The notes: a model not told the origin generated them from the letters alone. DNA of 64,000 nucleotides from a cyanobacterium endosymbiont of Rhopalodia gibba (GCA_045159875.1 CP067995.1:1760001-1824000); one strand, 5' to 3'; positions 23,645-35,374 are shown, numbered from the stretch's first letter. A program made the numbers and translations.

Positions 23645-24025
23645 ATGTTACCGAAACCTCATCAAAAATTTTATCAAAAATTCTTAGCTTCCTTGATCAC
23701 GCTCAGAGCTCAGATCATGATGAAGGACATAAACTCAGGACGATTATCCCAAAATTTTCACATGGCACAAGAAAATTTTCACATGGCACAAGAAATTTTT
23801 CAAAATCATATTTTGGGATTAACCACTGAGAATTTAGAGAATTATGCCGTCTCTTCTCGGCCATCTATCCAGACTGAAATCCATCGGACGTTGCGCTTGT
23901 TAATAACTGATTTTCTATTTTTACAGTCTTCCCAGAAGCGAAGTACAGAAGAACAACGATTAAAGAGGGTACTTGATCACATTGAAAAACTGATAGGTTA
24001 TTGTCAACTTATTCTAAGTAGATAA
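23645..24025 (+). CDS. patD: PatD-family protein
   Basis: MLP...QTEIHRTLRLLITDFLFLQSS...LIGYCQ; divergent from rel/spoT; carries a 21-bp in-frame duplication (23751-23792). Confidence 0.8.
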   Translation: MLPKPHQKFYQKFLASLITLRAQIMMKDINSGRLSQNFHMAQENFHMAQEIFQNHILGLTTENLENYAVSSRPSIQTEIHRTLRLLITDFLFLQSSQKRSTEEQRLKRVLDHIEKLIGYCQLILSR

Positions 24026-24037
24026 CTTTTTAAAAAA

Positions 24038-24073
24038 TTATCGGGGAACAAATGCTATTTTTATTCCCCATAA
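24038..24073. terminator. Putative bidirectional terminator hairpin
   Basis: ggggaa...ttcccc stem between the convergent patD and M16 peptidase stops. Confidence 0.5.
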
Positions 24074-24079
24074 TAGACA

Positions 24080-25660
24080 TTATTTTGTTTTAGATAAAAT
24101 GCGACCAATAGTTCGATTTTCAGGAATAAACGTTTTTTCAGCTACCCGTTTAATATCTGCTGCACTCACCGCTTCAACAGCTGTTAATTGTTCAAAAAGA
24201 TTGCGCCAACTTCCAGTTTTCACTTCATATTCAATCAATGATCGAGCCATACCTAAATTAGAGTCAAGTGATCCCACTAAGGCTGCTCTAAGTTGAGTTT
24301 TTACCCTTTGCAATTCTTGATTGGTGACAAATTCTTTCTTTAATCGTTCGATTTCTTGTTCCAAGGCTTTACCTACCTGGTCAACTGTACCATTAGGGGC
24401 AGTCTGAGCATAAAATAACATTAAATTAGGATATTTATCCCCTGGAAACCCATTAAAACCCTGAGCAACTAAAGCCACTTTTTTCTTCTCAACCAGAGAT
24501 TGATAAAGACGAGAGGTCCGTCCTGAACTTAATAAAGTTGCCATCACTTCATAAACAGCATGATCAGGATGAGTAATCGCCGGACGGTGATATCCTTCAA
24601 GATACCAGGGTTGAGACAGTAATTCCAGAGTAACTTCCTTGGCTTCAGTTTGTTGAGGTTCTACTTCAGTTACTCTTGGCGGTTTAGGTTTAGCTGAATA
24701 ACGACCAAAATAAACTTGGGCTAATTGTTTGACTCGTTTGGGACTCACATCTCCTACAATGGCGAAAGTTAAATTATCAGGTCCATAGTATGTCTCAAAA
24801 AATTGCCTTACATCTTCACGGGTAAGAGAAAGAATATCTTGATTATAACCAATAACAGGGCGTTTATAAGGATGTTTAGTAAAGGCGATATCGAGAAATG
24901 CCTCCATCATTTTACCAATAGGACTATTATCAGTTCTGAGGCGACGTTCTTCCAAAATCACGTCCTGTTCTTTATAAAATTCTCGGAAAACAGGTTCTAA
25001 AAATCGTTCTGATTCCAACGACATCCAAAGTTCCAATTTATTCGACGGAAAACTATAAAAATAGGTCGTCCAATCACTCGAAGTCGCTGCATTCATCCCG
25101 ACTCCTCCAGCCGTTTCTACAATTTGACCAAAAGCATTTTGTTGAACGTATTGGTTAGCTTCTGTCTGAACTTTTTGGAATTCTTGAGCTAATTGTTCGG
25201 CTTCTTTTATTTTACCCGCAGCTTGAGCGGCTTTCATTTGGGAAAATAGAGTATCCAGTTGATCTAAAAGAGGTTTTTCTGCTGCGTAATTGGTGGTTCC
25301 AATATCTTTCGTCCCTTTAAACGCTAAATGTTCTAAAAAATGGGCGACCCCTGTCTTGCCATCAGGTTCATCTACTGCTCCCACATCAGCATAGGTGACG
25401 AAAGACACCACAGGTGCGTCATGATTTTCCATGACGATGAACTTCATGCCATTATCGAGTTTAAATTCCGTTATTTGTTTAATCGCTCTATTAAGATAAG
25501 GTGTAATTGATTGGCTAACGAGTGGAGTGGAAGAAGTATTAGGAAGTGGCTGAGCAATAACTGGAACACTACTCCAAAGAAAAAATAGTAAGCTGAGGAT
25601 TGCAAAAGAATAGCGCATAGGAAGCGATCGAGTTAAAGAGTTTATTACCATTGATGCCAT
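24080..25660 (-). CDS. M16 family zinc metallopeptidase, probably exported
   Basis: HFLEH inverted zinc motif, MNAATS, EERRLRTDN, HPYKRPVIG; N-terminal hydrophobic signal; start uncertain. Confidence 0.95.
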   Translation of the reverse strand: MASMVINSLTRSLPMRYSFAILSLLFFLWSSVPVIAQPLPNTSSTPLVSQSITPYLNRAIKQITEFKLDNGMKFIVMENHDAPVVSFVTYADVGAVDEPDGKTGVAHFLEHLAFKGTKDIGTTNYAAEKPLLDQLDTLFSQMKAAQAAGKIKEAEQLAQEFQKVQTEANQYVQQNAFGQIVETAGGVGMNAATSSDWTTYFYSFPSNKLELWMSLESERFLEPVFREFYKEQDVILEERRLRTDNSPIGKMMEAFLDIAFTKHPYKRPVIGYNQDILSLTREDVRQFFETYYGPDNLTFAIVGDVSPKRVKQLAQVYFGRYSAKPKPPRVTEVEPQQTEAKEVTLELLSQPWYLEGYHRPAITHPDHAVYEVMATLLSSGRTSRLYQSLVEKKKVALVAQGFNGFPGDKYPNLMLFYAQTAPNGTVDQVGKALEQEIERLKKEFVTNQELQRVKTQLRAALVGSLDSNLGMARSLIEYEVKTGSWRNLFEQLTAVEAVSAADIKRVAEKTFIPENRTIGRILSKTK

Positions 25661-26179
25661 CAAAGAAAACGACGTTTAGAATCTTCTTTCTAGAATATCG
25701 GGATTTAAAAATGATAGCAGGGAGTTATAGAGTCATTAAGTCGTTTTTATAAAAAAGGATTATTTGTTACAATGTGAGTATATCAAAATACAACTCAGAT
25801 ATTGATAAAAAAAAGATCATCCAAATCTCTAATAAAGATCATATACAACATCACAAAGTACTTCTGTAAGAGCAAGACAAAATTTTAATTTTAAATCTAC
25901 CACATCAGATTTCAATGAGATGTTGCTCCTAGGAGCAATTTACTACTTTCCCTTCTCTTAAGTTTCTATCGAAGTCACGTTTTTAGAAAGTATTCTCTAT
26001 CGCTACCCAAGATACTTATTCTATCTACTGTTATTTGGTAAAAGTTAAACCTGAATTTTCTTCTTTTCTTCGCCTCTGTCGAACACTCTCCAAAGCCAAA
26101 CCAATTTTTGAGTTTACTGGGTAAGTCTTAAAGAAGCAAGATATAATTTGTTACAAAACAGATTAGAGAAGATTTTGTA

Positions 26180-26494
26180 ATGAGTAACCCCGTCCTTCAT
26201 GCCTTTTTCCTAGGCCGAGCTTTTGCTGAAGTCCTGAGCGAGAAAATAGAAGAGAACTTTACTAGTGTCCTGAGCGAATTGGGTAGATTTGACGCAGAAC
26301 AACGCGAACGACTGCGGCAGTTTATCGAAGAAGTAGAAACAAGGGCTCAAGTCAATGTTGCTCCAGGAGACACTGTCAACACTACTCCCAGTGAGGATTT
26401 TCCTATCGATTTACAAGAGACGATAGACAATTTACGTGCTGAAATTGCTCGTCTTAAAGCGGAATTAAAAATTTATCGCGCCCAAAAAACATAA
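26180..26494 (+). CDS. Conserved hypothetical coiled-coil protein
   Basis: [17 protein letters not shown]...[16 protein letters not shown]; directly precedes the ABC1 kinase. Confidence 0.88.
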   Translation: MSNPVLHAFFLGRAFAEVLSEKIEENFTSVLSELGRFDAEQRERLRQFIEEVETRAQVNVAPGDTVNTTPSEDFPIDLQETIDNLRAEIARLKAELKIYRAQKT

Positions 26495-26561
26495 TTATTT
26501 CTTTAATTACTCTTATTTTCTCCTCCTATCAACCTAAGTTACTCTCAGACCTAAAAATCGA

Positions 26562-28313
26562 GTGTCTCCTCTGTCCTTTAATGTCAACCGTTCCTATTCC
26601 ACAAAAACTACTTTAGTCTCTAATTACGTGACCAAATTGGAAAATAACCCAAAATTCCGTTGGAATCAGGATAAATACTCTATTAATCGCCGCCGCCTGG
26701 ACATTTGGTGGTTCGTGTTGACCTTACTTACCCAATTTTGGCTCAATGGTAAAAAATGGAGCTATCGAGGGGGCTATAGCGAAGAAAAAGAAACCGCCCG
26801 ACGGCAAAGACAAGCGGTGTGGATTAGAGAAAATTTACTCAATCTCGGACCAACTTTTATTAAAATAGGTCAATTGTTCTCTACTCGTGCCGATTTATTC
26901 TCCGCCGAATATATTGCGGAACTGTCGAAACTTCAAGATAAAGTTCCGGCTTTCGCCTACGAAAAAGTTACAGCTATTATTGAAAGGGATTTTAGGAAAT
27001 CCCTTCCTGAACTGTTCCATGATTTTGCTCCAATCCCTATTGCAGCAGCTAGTTTAGGTCAAGTCCATAAAGCTCAACTTCATTCAGGAGAAGAGGTAGT
27101 CGTTAAAGTTCAACGGCCAGGGTTAAAACAACTCTTTACTATTGACCTAGCGATTCTCAAACGCATTACCCACTATTTTCAAAACCATCCTCGTTTGAAG
27201 AAAGGACGAGACTGGACTGGAATCTATGAAGAATGCTGCCGTATTCTTTGGTTAGAAACTGATTACCTTAATGAAGGACAAAATGCCGATACCTTTCGTC
27301 GTAATTTTCGTGACGAGGATTGGGTTAAAGTCCCTCGAATTTACTGGCGTTACACTTCCCCGTGTGTCTTAACTCTTGAATATATACCGGGAATTAAAAT
27401 TAGCCATTATGAAGAACTCGAAGCAGCCGGATTAAATCGTAAAATCTTGGCTAGACTAGGAGCAAAAGCTTATTTATACCAATTGCTTAACAGTGGATTT
27501 TTCCATGCCGATCCCCACCCGGGAAATATTGCTGTAAGTACGGATGGAGCCTTAATTTTTTATGATTTTGGCATGATGGGACGTATTAATGCCAACGTCC
27601 GTGAGAAGTTAATGGATGCCTTGTTTGGCATTGCTCAAAAAGATGCTGCTCGAGTAGTCTCGTCTTTAGTAGCTCTCGATACCTTAAGTCCTGCAGACGA
27701 TATGGGTCCAGTGCGTCGTTCCGTTCAATTCATGCTCGATAATTTTATGGACAAACCTTTTGAGGAACAGTCAATTAGTCAAATTAGTGATGATTTGTAT
27801 GAACTTATCTATAATCAACCCTTCCGCTTTCCAGCAACTTTTACCTTTGTTATACGTGCATTTTTAACAATAGAAGGGATAGGAAAAGGGTTAGATCCAG
27901 ACTTTAATTTCATGGAGGTGGCACAGCCGTTTGCCATGGAACTTATGACTGATATTAATGGAAATAGCGAAACTAACATTTTCAATGAATTAAGACGACA
28001 AGCGATTCAAGTGAGCAATACAGCGTTAGGATTACCGCGACAAATTGACGATACAATGAAAAAGTTGGATCGCGGTGATATTCGCGTAAGAGTACGCTCA
28101 GTTGAATCTGATCGTCTATTGCGTCGCTTAGGTATGATACAGATGGGAACTAACTATACTATTCTCATCAGTGCTTTAGTCATATCTGCAGCTCTTTTAT
28201 TTGTCAACGGTTCGCTTCTTTTGGCAATAGCCACTATCATAATGGCATTAGTCCCAGCGTGGGCTTTATTTCGCTTGCTGCGTCGTCTTGATAGCCGCGA
28301 CTTGATGTTCTAG
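26562..28313 (+). CDS. AarF/ABC1/UbiB family kinase
   Basis: LGPTFIKIGQ, AASLGQVHKA, VKVQRP, FFHADPHPGN, DFGM. Confidence 0.96.
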   Translation: MSPLSFNVNRSYSTKTTLVSNYVTKLENNPKFRWNQDKYSINRRRLDIWWFVLTLLTQFWLNGKKWSYRGGYSEEKETARRQRQAVWIRENLLNLGPTFIKIGQLFSTRADLFSAEYIAELSKLQDKVPAFAYEKVTAIIERDFRKSLPELFHDFAPIPIAAASLGQVHKAQLHSGEEVVVKVQRPGLKQLFTIDLAILKRITHYFQNHPRLKKGRDWTGIYEECCRILWLETDYLNEGQNADTFRRNFRDEDWVKVPRIYWRYTSPCVLTLEYIPGIKISHYEELEAAGLNRKILARLGAKAYLYQLLNSGFFHADPHPGNIAVSTDGALIFYDFGMMGRINANVREKLMDALFGIAQKDAARVVSSLVALDTLSPADDMGPVRRSVQFMLDNFMDKPFEEQSISQISDDLYELIYNQPFRFPATFTFVIRAFLTIEGIGKGLDPDFNFMEVAQPFAMELMTDINGNSETNIFNELRRQAIQVSNTALGLPRQIDDTMKKLDRGDIRVRVRSVESDRLLRRLGMIQMGTNYTILISALVISAALLFVNGSLLLAIATIIMALVPAWALFRLLRRLDSRDLMF

Positions 28314-28358
28314 TTCTTCTTTATCACTATTGTAAATTGTTTAGTAGTTAACTCACCA

Positions 28359-29144
28359 ATGATAAATCGTAGCTTCACGGGTCTAACTGATACAGGCGTT
28401 GTGCGATCAGTTAACCAAGATAATTTCTACATCGACCCTGGAGGACGATTTTTTATTGTAGCTGACGGCATGGGAGGCCATGCTGGAGGAGAAGAAGCAA
28501 GCCTAATTGCTACTCGAGAGATTCAAGCATATCTTGAGACTCACTGGAAATCTGATATTCCTTCTCGTATTCTCCTTGAAAAAGCTTTTTTACAAGCTAA
28601 TAAAGCAATTCTCATTGATCAACAAGATTATCCTGAACGGGGAGATATGGGAACAACAGCTTTGGTGATCATTTTCCGAAATGATCAGCCTTGGCGAGCT
28701 CATATTGGAGATTCTCGCCTTTATCGCTTCCGTGACATTGAGCTTGAGCAAATCACAGAGGATCATACTTGGATAGCAAAGGCATTGAAAATGGGTGATA
28801 TTACCCGAGAACAGGCTAAAACTCATCCTTGGCGACACATTCTTTTCCAATGTTTAGGACGTAAGGACGTTAATACCATTGAAATTGCCCATCTGGATGT
28901 TCAATCTGGCGATCGCTTATTGTTATGCAGTGATGGTTTAACCGAAGAGGTCTCTGATGAAACCATTCAGCAGCTTTTTAAACAACAAAGGTCTTGTGAA
29001 ATAGTAGCTCAAAATCTCGTAAAAATGGCTAAAGAAGCTGGGGGTTCGGATAATATTACAGTGGTTATTGTTGTTGAAGGGGGAGAAACTCAGAAAGTTC
29101 AAGAGGATAAACTTGATACTAGAGTTAATAAAACAGGTAGTTAA
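28359..29144 (+). CDS. PP2C-type Ser/Thr phosphatase (PphA-like)
   Basis: NQD, VADGMGGH, MGTT, HIGDSR, LCSDGL, GGSDNIT. Confidence 0.95.
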   Translation: MINRSFTGLTDTGVVRSVNQDNFYIDPGGRFFIVADGMGGHAGGEEASLIATREIQAYLETHWKSDIPSRILLEKAFLQANKAILIDQQDYPERGDMGTTALVIIFRNDQPWRAHIGDSRLYRFRDIELEQITEDHTWIAKALKMGDITREQAKTHPWRHILFQCLGRKDVNTIEIAHLDVQSGDRLLLCSDGLTEEVSDETIQQLFKQQRSCEIVAQNLVKMAKEAGGSDNITVVIVVEGGETQKVQEDKLDTRVNKTGS

Positions 29145-29894
29145 AATGAATTAGATTTAGCATAAATTACTGTTTCATAATTTCTTTTAGGCAATATCAG
29201 GGTAGTAATGATCAATTGTTTGTTTACGCTGTTAGTTGTTATTCTTATTTCTCAAAATCGATATAAACATAACCTCTTTGTCGAAAGGTTGAATAGTTTT
29301 TTCACTTTAGGTAAATTTATAGTCATTAAATTTTTTTTAAAAATTTTTAGGTTGTTTATAACTTTTGTCTAGATATTGTCTGGATATCATTTATAAATTC
29401 CGGCAAGTAGACAACTCTACATAAACATTTTTTGTGCTCCTATGTTCTAAGTGCAATTAAAGTTTAATTCTACACTGCTTCTATTGGTATTTTTTGAAGT
29501 AACTCTTTTTATTGAAACTTTTTTTATTGAAACTTTTTTCAACTGCATTAGTTGAATTATATTCAAATACCCCTCCGAAATTTTATAAGCTTTTGTTTAA
29601 TACTATTTCCCTCTATATTTTTTTTAAAACTTCTAGGAAAATCCTGCAATCTTTCTCTTTTTTAAGTAATTCATCCAGAAATTGTTTCTTTCATTATATT
29701 TTCTCAAAAATCTTACTTATTTAATCTGCAATATTGACATTTTTCACTCTTATAATTCTGTTAGCTGGGTTGTTAGGCAAGCTGGCATCTCGTAATTATT
29801 ACTTGTCTATCTTAAACTTATTTAAGTTCACTTACTAAAGTGTAAGACAAAAAATTACTAATTGCTATCTTTATTAATCCATTTCAGTATTTTT

Positions 29895-30398
29895 TTATTG
29901 ACTGTGATGTTGATCATCATTAACCAACTTAGATAAAGTTCTCTCAGTTACTCGACATATACGCCAATCAGGTAATATATCAGCACCCATTTTCTTGTAA
30001 AATTCAATAGCGAGACTATTCCAATCCAAAACACTCCACTCTAATCGTCCTGCTCCTCGTTTAACAGCTAATTGAGCTAAATAAATTAATAAGGATTTTC
30101 CAACTCCTTGACGACGATAATCAGGTAAGACAAATAAATCCTCGACATAAATTCCTGGCTTGGTTAAAAAAGTAGAATAGTTGGAAAAAAAGACAGAAAA
30201 CCCTACACATTGAGTTCCCCATTGTGCGACAATAGCTTCTATATAGGGTCTTTTTCCAAATAAATGTTCCCGCAACATCTCTACATCCCCTGTTACTTGA
30301 TAAGAGAGCTTTTCATATTCGGCCAAGGCTTGAATTAGCGAAAATAAGTCTACAACATCTGATGGTTGAGCAGAACGTATTCTGAGATCTTTGTTCAT
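29895..30398 (-). CDS. GNAT N-acetyltransferase (spermidine/diamine acetyltransferase-like)
   Basis: LAEYEK, YSTF...YVEDLFV, RRQGVG, WSVLDWN..AIEFY. Confidence 0.93.
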   Translation of the reverse strand: MNKDLRIRSAQPSDVVDLFSLIQALAEYEKLSYQVTGDVEMLREHLFGKRPYIEAIVAQWGTQCVGFSVFFSNYSTFLTKPGIYVEDLFVLPDYRRQGVGKSLLIYLAQLAVKRGAGRLEWSVLDWNSLAIEFYKKMGADILPDWRICRVTERTLSKLVNDDQHHSQ

Positions 30399-30512
30399 AA
30401 ATTTTATTTCAGGTGACAGTGAACAGCAGCGTTTCGAGACCTTTTTTGAGGTTAGCCTTAAGTGCTACTTTGTCCACGACAATCTACTAATTCACTGTCA
30501 ATTATTCAATAA

Positions 30513-31667
30513 CTAATGTAACCATCCTTTTAGACGACGAGCAACTTGGGGACGACGCAATTTCCGCATGGCTTTACTTTGAATCTGACGGACTCGTTCA
30601 CGGGATAAATTAAACATTCCCCCTACTTCTTCCAAGGTGTGGGGTTGACTAGTAGATAATCCATAGCGCAGGGAAATTACATCTTTTTCTCGTTCAGTAA
30701 GGACATCACTCAACACCGCCGATATTTCATAGCGTAACATTCCTTCACTCATTTGTTCTTCAGGAAGTTGTAGTTCTTGATCTTCAAGTAAGTCCACCAG
30801 TTCTGTATCCTCTCCTTTTCCTACGCGATGGTTCAACGAAAGGGATTGTCTGCGCAATTGAAGTAACTGGCGCAGTTGGGGCGGTGTCATTTCTAACTCC
30901 ATAGCTAATTCCTTTTCGTTAGGGTTTCGCTGCAAGTTCTGCTTCAAAACGCGCTGTGCTTTTTTGAGTTTGTTAAGCTTCTCAACAATGTGAATCGGTA
31001 AGCGAATCGTCCGTGCATCATTGGCAATAGTACGAGTAATAGCTTGACGAATCCACCAATAGGCATAGGTAGAAAACTTGTAGCCTTTATTTGGATCAAA
31101 TTTTTCCGCTGCCCGATTTAAGCCAATAGCTCCTTCTTGAATCAAATCTAGAAAAGGAACCCCCCGATTAAGGTACCGTTTTGCAATAGAAACTACTAAC
31201 CTTAAATTTGAGCGAATCATTTTTCGTTTGGCAGTGCGTCCTCGATAAAGACGACTTTCAAACTGCCGTTGTCCATCAAATCCCATCGCTGCGGCTAATT
31301 CCCCTTTGGTTGGAAAACGCTGCAGTTCTTCTTTAAGTTCTTGACGTTTTTCTTCAGTTTTAACTAAAAATTGAACATTTTGAGCTAATTCAACCTCTTC
31401 TTCGGGTTTTAGTAGCGGGTAGCGTGACATTTCTTTGAAAAATGCTCCAACAGTGTCATCTGAAACGGCTTTGCGGTATTCATCGGGGTGGTGATTGCCC
31501 AATTCATTAGATAAGGACGAGAACTCCACTTCAACTGCTTGAAAATCAGTATCAACTTCAACTGCTTGAAAATCAGTATCAACTTGACCAATATTATCTG
31601 GCTCAAAGACTTCTTGAGCTAATGGATCAGTTAAGGAATGGTCTTGGATCATTTGAGTCATGTTCAT
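30513..31667 (-). CDS. sigE: Group 2 RNA polymerase sigma factor, SigE-type
   Basis: [42 protein letters not shown]-terminal [13 protein letters not shown] as in Synechocystis SigE; 27-bp in-frame duplication at 31528-31581. Confidence 0.88.
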   Translation of the reverse strand: MNMTQMIQDHSLTDPLAQEVFEPDNIGQVDTDFQAVEVDTDFQAVEVEFSSLSNELGNHHPDEYRKAVSDDTVGAFFKEMSRYPLLKPEEEVELAQNVQFLVKTEEKRQELKEELQRFPTKGELAAAMGFDGQRQFESRLYRGRTAKRKMIRSNLRLVVSIAKRYLNRGVPFLDLIQEGAIGLNRAAEKFDPNKGYKFSTYAYWWIRQAITRTIANDARTIRLPIHIVEKLNKLKKAQRVLKQNLQRNPNEKELAMELEMTPPQLRQLLQLRRQSLSLNHRVGKGEDTELVDLLEDQELQLPEEQMSEGMLRYEISAVLSDVLTEREKDVISLRYGLSTSQPHTLEEVGGMFNLSRERVRQIQSKAMRKLRRPQVARRLKGWLH

Positions 31668-32150
31668 AATTTATAAACAAATGAGAATGGGGTGTAAAAA
31701 GATCAATAAATTCGGGAACAATAGAGCTAGGTACAATGTCAAATATTCTGTAAAGCTGATCGTGACATCTAATGAAATTCGGAAAAAATATTTAAGATTG
31801 TCTTAAGTAATTGTCCCAGATAAACAGCTATCAAAATAAAGAAAAATTATGACACCTTAATGAATGAGGAAAAGGAGAAACTGAGTCATCGTATTTTCCA
31901 GTGGACTCCCATCTTAACCTTGTCAAGATTATTCCTTGCTGAAGGATCATGTCTACTAAACTACCAGAATTATTTGGGGTTTCTGTTTGTCTAATTACAA
32001 AATGACAAATTAGTAGATAGAATCTTGCTATTCTTTTTTTGAGATAAAACCTATTACTAGAGAGAACTTGACATCTTTAACCCCAGTAATAATGAAGGAT
32101 ATCAGGAAAATTGGTAATGATTAACTAGGCTAATTTTTGAGATGTTTATC

Positions 32151-32190
32151 TTTTTGAGGTTGTAATAAAGTTTTGTTACAACCTCAAAAA
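32151..32190. repeat. Inverted repeat, 15-bp perfect arms
   Basis: tttttgaggttgtaa-taaagttttg-ttacaacctcaaaaa, in the sigE/priA divergent spacer. Confidence 0.9.
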
Positions 32191-32486
32191 AATCTAGATT
32201 ATTTATAGTTAAACTTTAAAAAAAAATAACAATGGTATATTTTTATACCTTAAATGCATATAGAAAGTTTTGACATCAGTGGAAATAAGTTTTCGATAGA
32301 ATTCTTAAGTCTTTGAGAAAAAATAGGAAAAGATAAAGATTCAAGAAGTAGATCACAGTTTACTAACTAATTTCATTAGCAAATTCAGCTTTGCTTCCAT
32401 ACCTAATACCCTGAAGAAATGGGTTAATTTTTTTAGACAATTCTATTAGTATCACTATATTTTACTTTTAAAAATACTCAAGGACT

Positions 32487-35009
32487 ATGGCTGATAGGAC
32501 GAGAACTTTTATTGCAGCTGAATCGAAACCCCCTTATGACGTAAGATTCTCTTCCGAAGAATGGATTGAGGTATTGGTCGACTGTCCAGGGACACAAGGA
32601 TTATATATTTACCATATTCCTCCAGAATTAAACCTGAAACCAGGAGATATCCTGAATGTTCCCTTTGGTTCTCAAATGGTGGGGGGAATTGCTATCCGTC
32701 GGGTGAGTTCCCTTCCTCCTGATCTTGATCTGCAACGAGTTCGCAATGTGGAGGATGTAATTACGGCAGAGTTCTTTTCCTCTCGATATTGGAAATTACT
32801 TAATCGAGTTGCCCAATATTATTGTACAGATTTGATAAAAGTAGTTCGAGGAGCATTACCACCAGGGTTATTGGGGCGATCACAACGTCGTATTCGTTTA
32901 AAATCTGAAATTATACTTCCTGAGGCTGAAACTTTTTGTAGTTCAGTGGCTGGACAAATTTTGAACTTATTGCTGTCACAAAAAGACGGAGATTACAGTA
33001 GTCAGTATTTGCACCGAGAAGTTAGAGAAGCAAGTCGGGGGATACGAGAATTGATCAAACGGGGTTGGATTGAAAGTTATCTCAAACTCCCAAAAAGCAA
33101 TCAACCTAAACGACAAAAGGCTGTTACCTTAGTGGTTGATTGCTTTCCCACAAATTTGACTAAACAACAGTTAGAAGTATTAGAGGTATTGCGTCAACAG
33201 GGTGGGGAATGTTGGTTAACAGAATTAGTTAAACTTTCTAACAGAAGTTCTCAAGTGGTGAAAAAGTTAGAAGAGAAAGGCTGTGTTGTCATTCAATCTC
33301 AAGAAAGATTAAGGTTATTAGAACAGCCTCAATTAAATAGCGATCATCCGAAACCATTAACCATATTTCAAGCAAAAGCCCTAAACATTATTAAAACTCT
33401 AGAAAGCTATGCAGAAATTTTATTACATGGGGTAACAGGTTCAGGAAAAACAGAAGTCTATTTACAAGCGATTGCCCCTTTATTAGAACAAGGTAAATCC
33501 GCCTTAGTTTTAGTTCCTGAAATTGGTTTAACTTCCCAATTAACTGATCAGTTTCGGTCTCGTTTTGGAAACAAAGTTGGTGTTTACCACAGTAATTTAT
33601 CAAAGGGGGAAAGATATGATACTTGGCGACAAATGTTAACAGGAAAACCTCAAGTTGTCATTGGAACCAGATCAGCAATTTTTTCACCATTACCCAATTT
33701 AGGATTAATTATTCTTGACGAAGAACATGATTCTAGTTTCAAACAAAGCCAAATTTCACCCACCTATCACGCCCGTAATGTTGCCTTATGGCGAGGAGAA
33801 ATAGATAATTGTCCAATAATTTTAGGATCAGCCACTCCCTCGTTAGAAACTTGGATAAAAATAGCTAATACGGCTCAAGATACTTCTCTCCCTTTATCTG
33901 TCTCCTCCTCTCCTAGTTCTTACTATTTATCTTTACCAGAAAGAATTCAATCTCGTCCCTTACCTCCGGTAGAAATTGTAGACATGAGACGAGAATTAAG
34001 AGCAGGAAATTTTTCTATTTTTAGTCATTCTTTACAAGACGCTTTAGCCAAACTAGAAAGCTCAAAAAAACAAGGCATTCTGTTTATTAACCGTCGGGGT
34101 CATAGTACTTTTGTTTCCTGTAGGAGTTGCGGTTATGTTTTAGAATGTCCCCATTGTGATGTATCTTTGTCCTACCATTATACTCATGAAGGGGCAGCGG
34201 AATTACTGAGATGCCATTATTGTAATTATAGTCAAAGTCACCCGAGTAAATGTCCTCAATGTAGTTCTCCTTATTTAAAATTCTTTGGCAGTGGAAGCCA
34301 AAAAGTCACCCAAGAATTAACTAAACTGTTTCCTTCTCTACGTCCTTTACGTTTTGATAGTGATACAACAAGAACTAAAGGAGCACATCGTAATTTATTG
34401 ACAAAATTTTCTCAAGGAAAAGCAGATTTATTAGTAGGAACTCAAATGCTAACAAAAGGGTTAGATCTAGCCCAAATAACTTTAGTAGGAGTAATAACGG
34501 CAGATGAACTACTACACTTATCTGATTACAGAGCAGCAGAAAGGACTTTTCAAACTTTAACTCAAGTGGCAGGAAGGGCAGGAAGAGGAAATGATCCTGG
34601 ACGAGTAATTATCCAAACATATTCACCGGAACATCCCGTTATTCAATCAGTCAGTTCCCATGATTATCAAGGCTTTATTAAAACTGAATTACCCCAAAGA
34701 GAGGTATTAGGTTATCCTCCCTACGGACGATTAATTTTAATTAGACTGAGTGGAACAAATAGAATAGAAGTTCAGCAAACTTCTGAAGTATTAGGAGATA
34801 TTTTTCGGGAGCAAGTAGGGAAAAATTGTGAAATTTTAGGTCCTGTCCCAGCGAAGATTATGCGAATAGCTAGACGTTATCGCTGGCATATTTTATTAAA
34901 ATTTAGTCCTAACACTCAAGTAATTATTCCAGATATTAACGAGCTTAAAAAAGTTTGTTTACAATCAGTTTACTTGACATTTGATATTGATCCATTAATA
35001 ATTGATTAA
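32487..35009 (+). CDS. priA: Primosomal protein N' (replication restart helicase)
   Basis: GVTGSGKTEVY, DEEH, four CxxC pairs, GTQMLTKGLD, QVAGRAGR. Confidence 0.98.
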   Translation: MADRTRTFIAAESKPPYDVRFSSEEWIEVLVDCPGTQGLYIYHIPPELNLKPGDILNVPFGSQMVGGIAIRRVSSLPPDLDLQRVRNVEDVITAEFFSSRYWKLLNRVAQYYCTDLIKVVRGALPPGLLGRSQRRIRLKSEIILPEAETFCSSVAGQILNLLLSQKDGDYSSQYLHREVREASRGIRELIKRGWIESYLKLPKSNQPKRQKAVTLVVDCFPTNLTKQQLEVLEVLRQQGGECWLTELVKLSNRSSQVVKKLEEKGCVVIQSQERLRLLEQPQLNSDHPKPLTIFQAKALNIIKTLESYAEILLHGVTGSGKTEVYLQAIAPLLEQGKSALVLVPEIGLTSQLTDQFRSRFGNKVGVYHSNLSKGERYDTWRQMLTGKPQVVIGTRSAIFSPLPNLGLIILDEEHDSSFKQSQISPTYHARNVALWRGEIDNCPIILGSATPSLETWIKIANTAQDTSLPLSVSSSPSSYYLSLPERIQSRPLPPVEIVDMRRELRAGNFSIFSHSLQDALAKLESSKKQGILFINRRGHSTFVSCRSCGYVLECPHCDVSLSYHYTHEGAAELLRCHYCNYSQSHPSKCPQCSSPYLKFFGSGSQKVTQELTKLFPSLRPLRFDSDTTRTKGAHRNLLTKFSQGKADLLVGTQMLTKGLDLAQITLVGVITADELLHLSDYRAAERTFQTLTQVAGRAGRGNDPGRVIIQTYSPEHPVIQSVSSHDYQGFIKTELPQREVLGYPPYGRLILIRLSGTNRIEVQQTSEVLGDIFREQVGKNCEILGPVPAKIMRIARRYRWHILLKFSPNTQVIIPDINELKKVCLQSVYLTFDIDPLIID

Positions 35010-35374
35010 ACCAAAAAATCTATAGATAATATTATTTATAAGTAAAAAATAAACTATGGCAACTATAAAATTTAACAAAAAATACTTTACTGTTTACTAG
35101 TGTATTGCCAATGATTTTATCTATCATGTGTCGCCGCTTTAGGATTTTTTATACAAAGGATAAGTGTAATTTTTTTAAAAAAATATTAAAATTTTTAAAA
35201 AAAAAGACGATAAATATGTCCATCTCATGTATTATCTGGTCTTATTTATTATCTAATGATGAACACCTTGAATTACTGATAATCAACAAATAATGACCAC
35301 CATTAGTGTTATGATCTTGACGGCTTTGGTGTACCTGCATAAGAGAGTCTCAATATTGACAAAAATACTTGTTG

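Noticed and set aside
25778..25791. NtcA box GTA-N8-TAC upstream of the M16 peptidase
   Set aside because: A 6-bp consensus is expected often by chance in AT-rich DNA, and there is no supporting promoter evidence.
29512..35293. AT-rich intergenic ORFs 29512-29724 and 35105-35293
   Set aside because: TTG starts and F/L/K/I-biased low-complexity translations typical of random AT-rich DNA.
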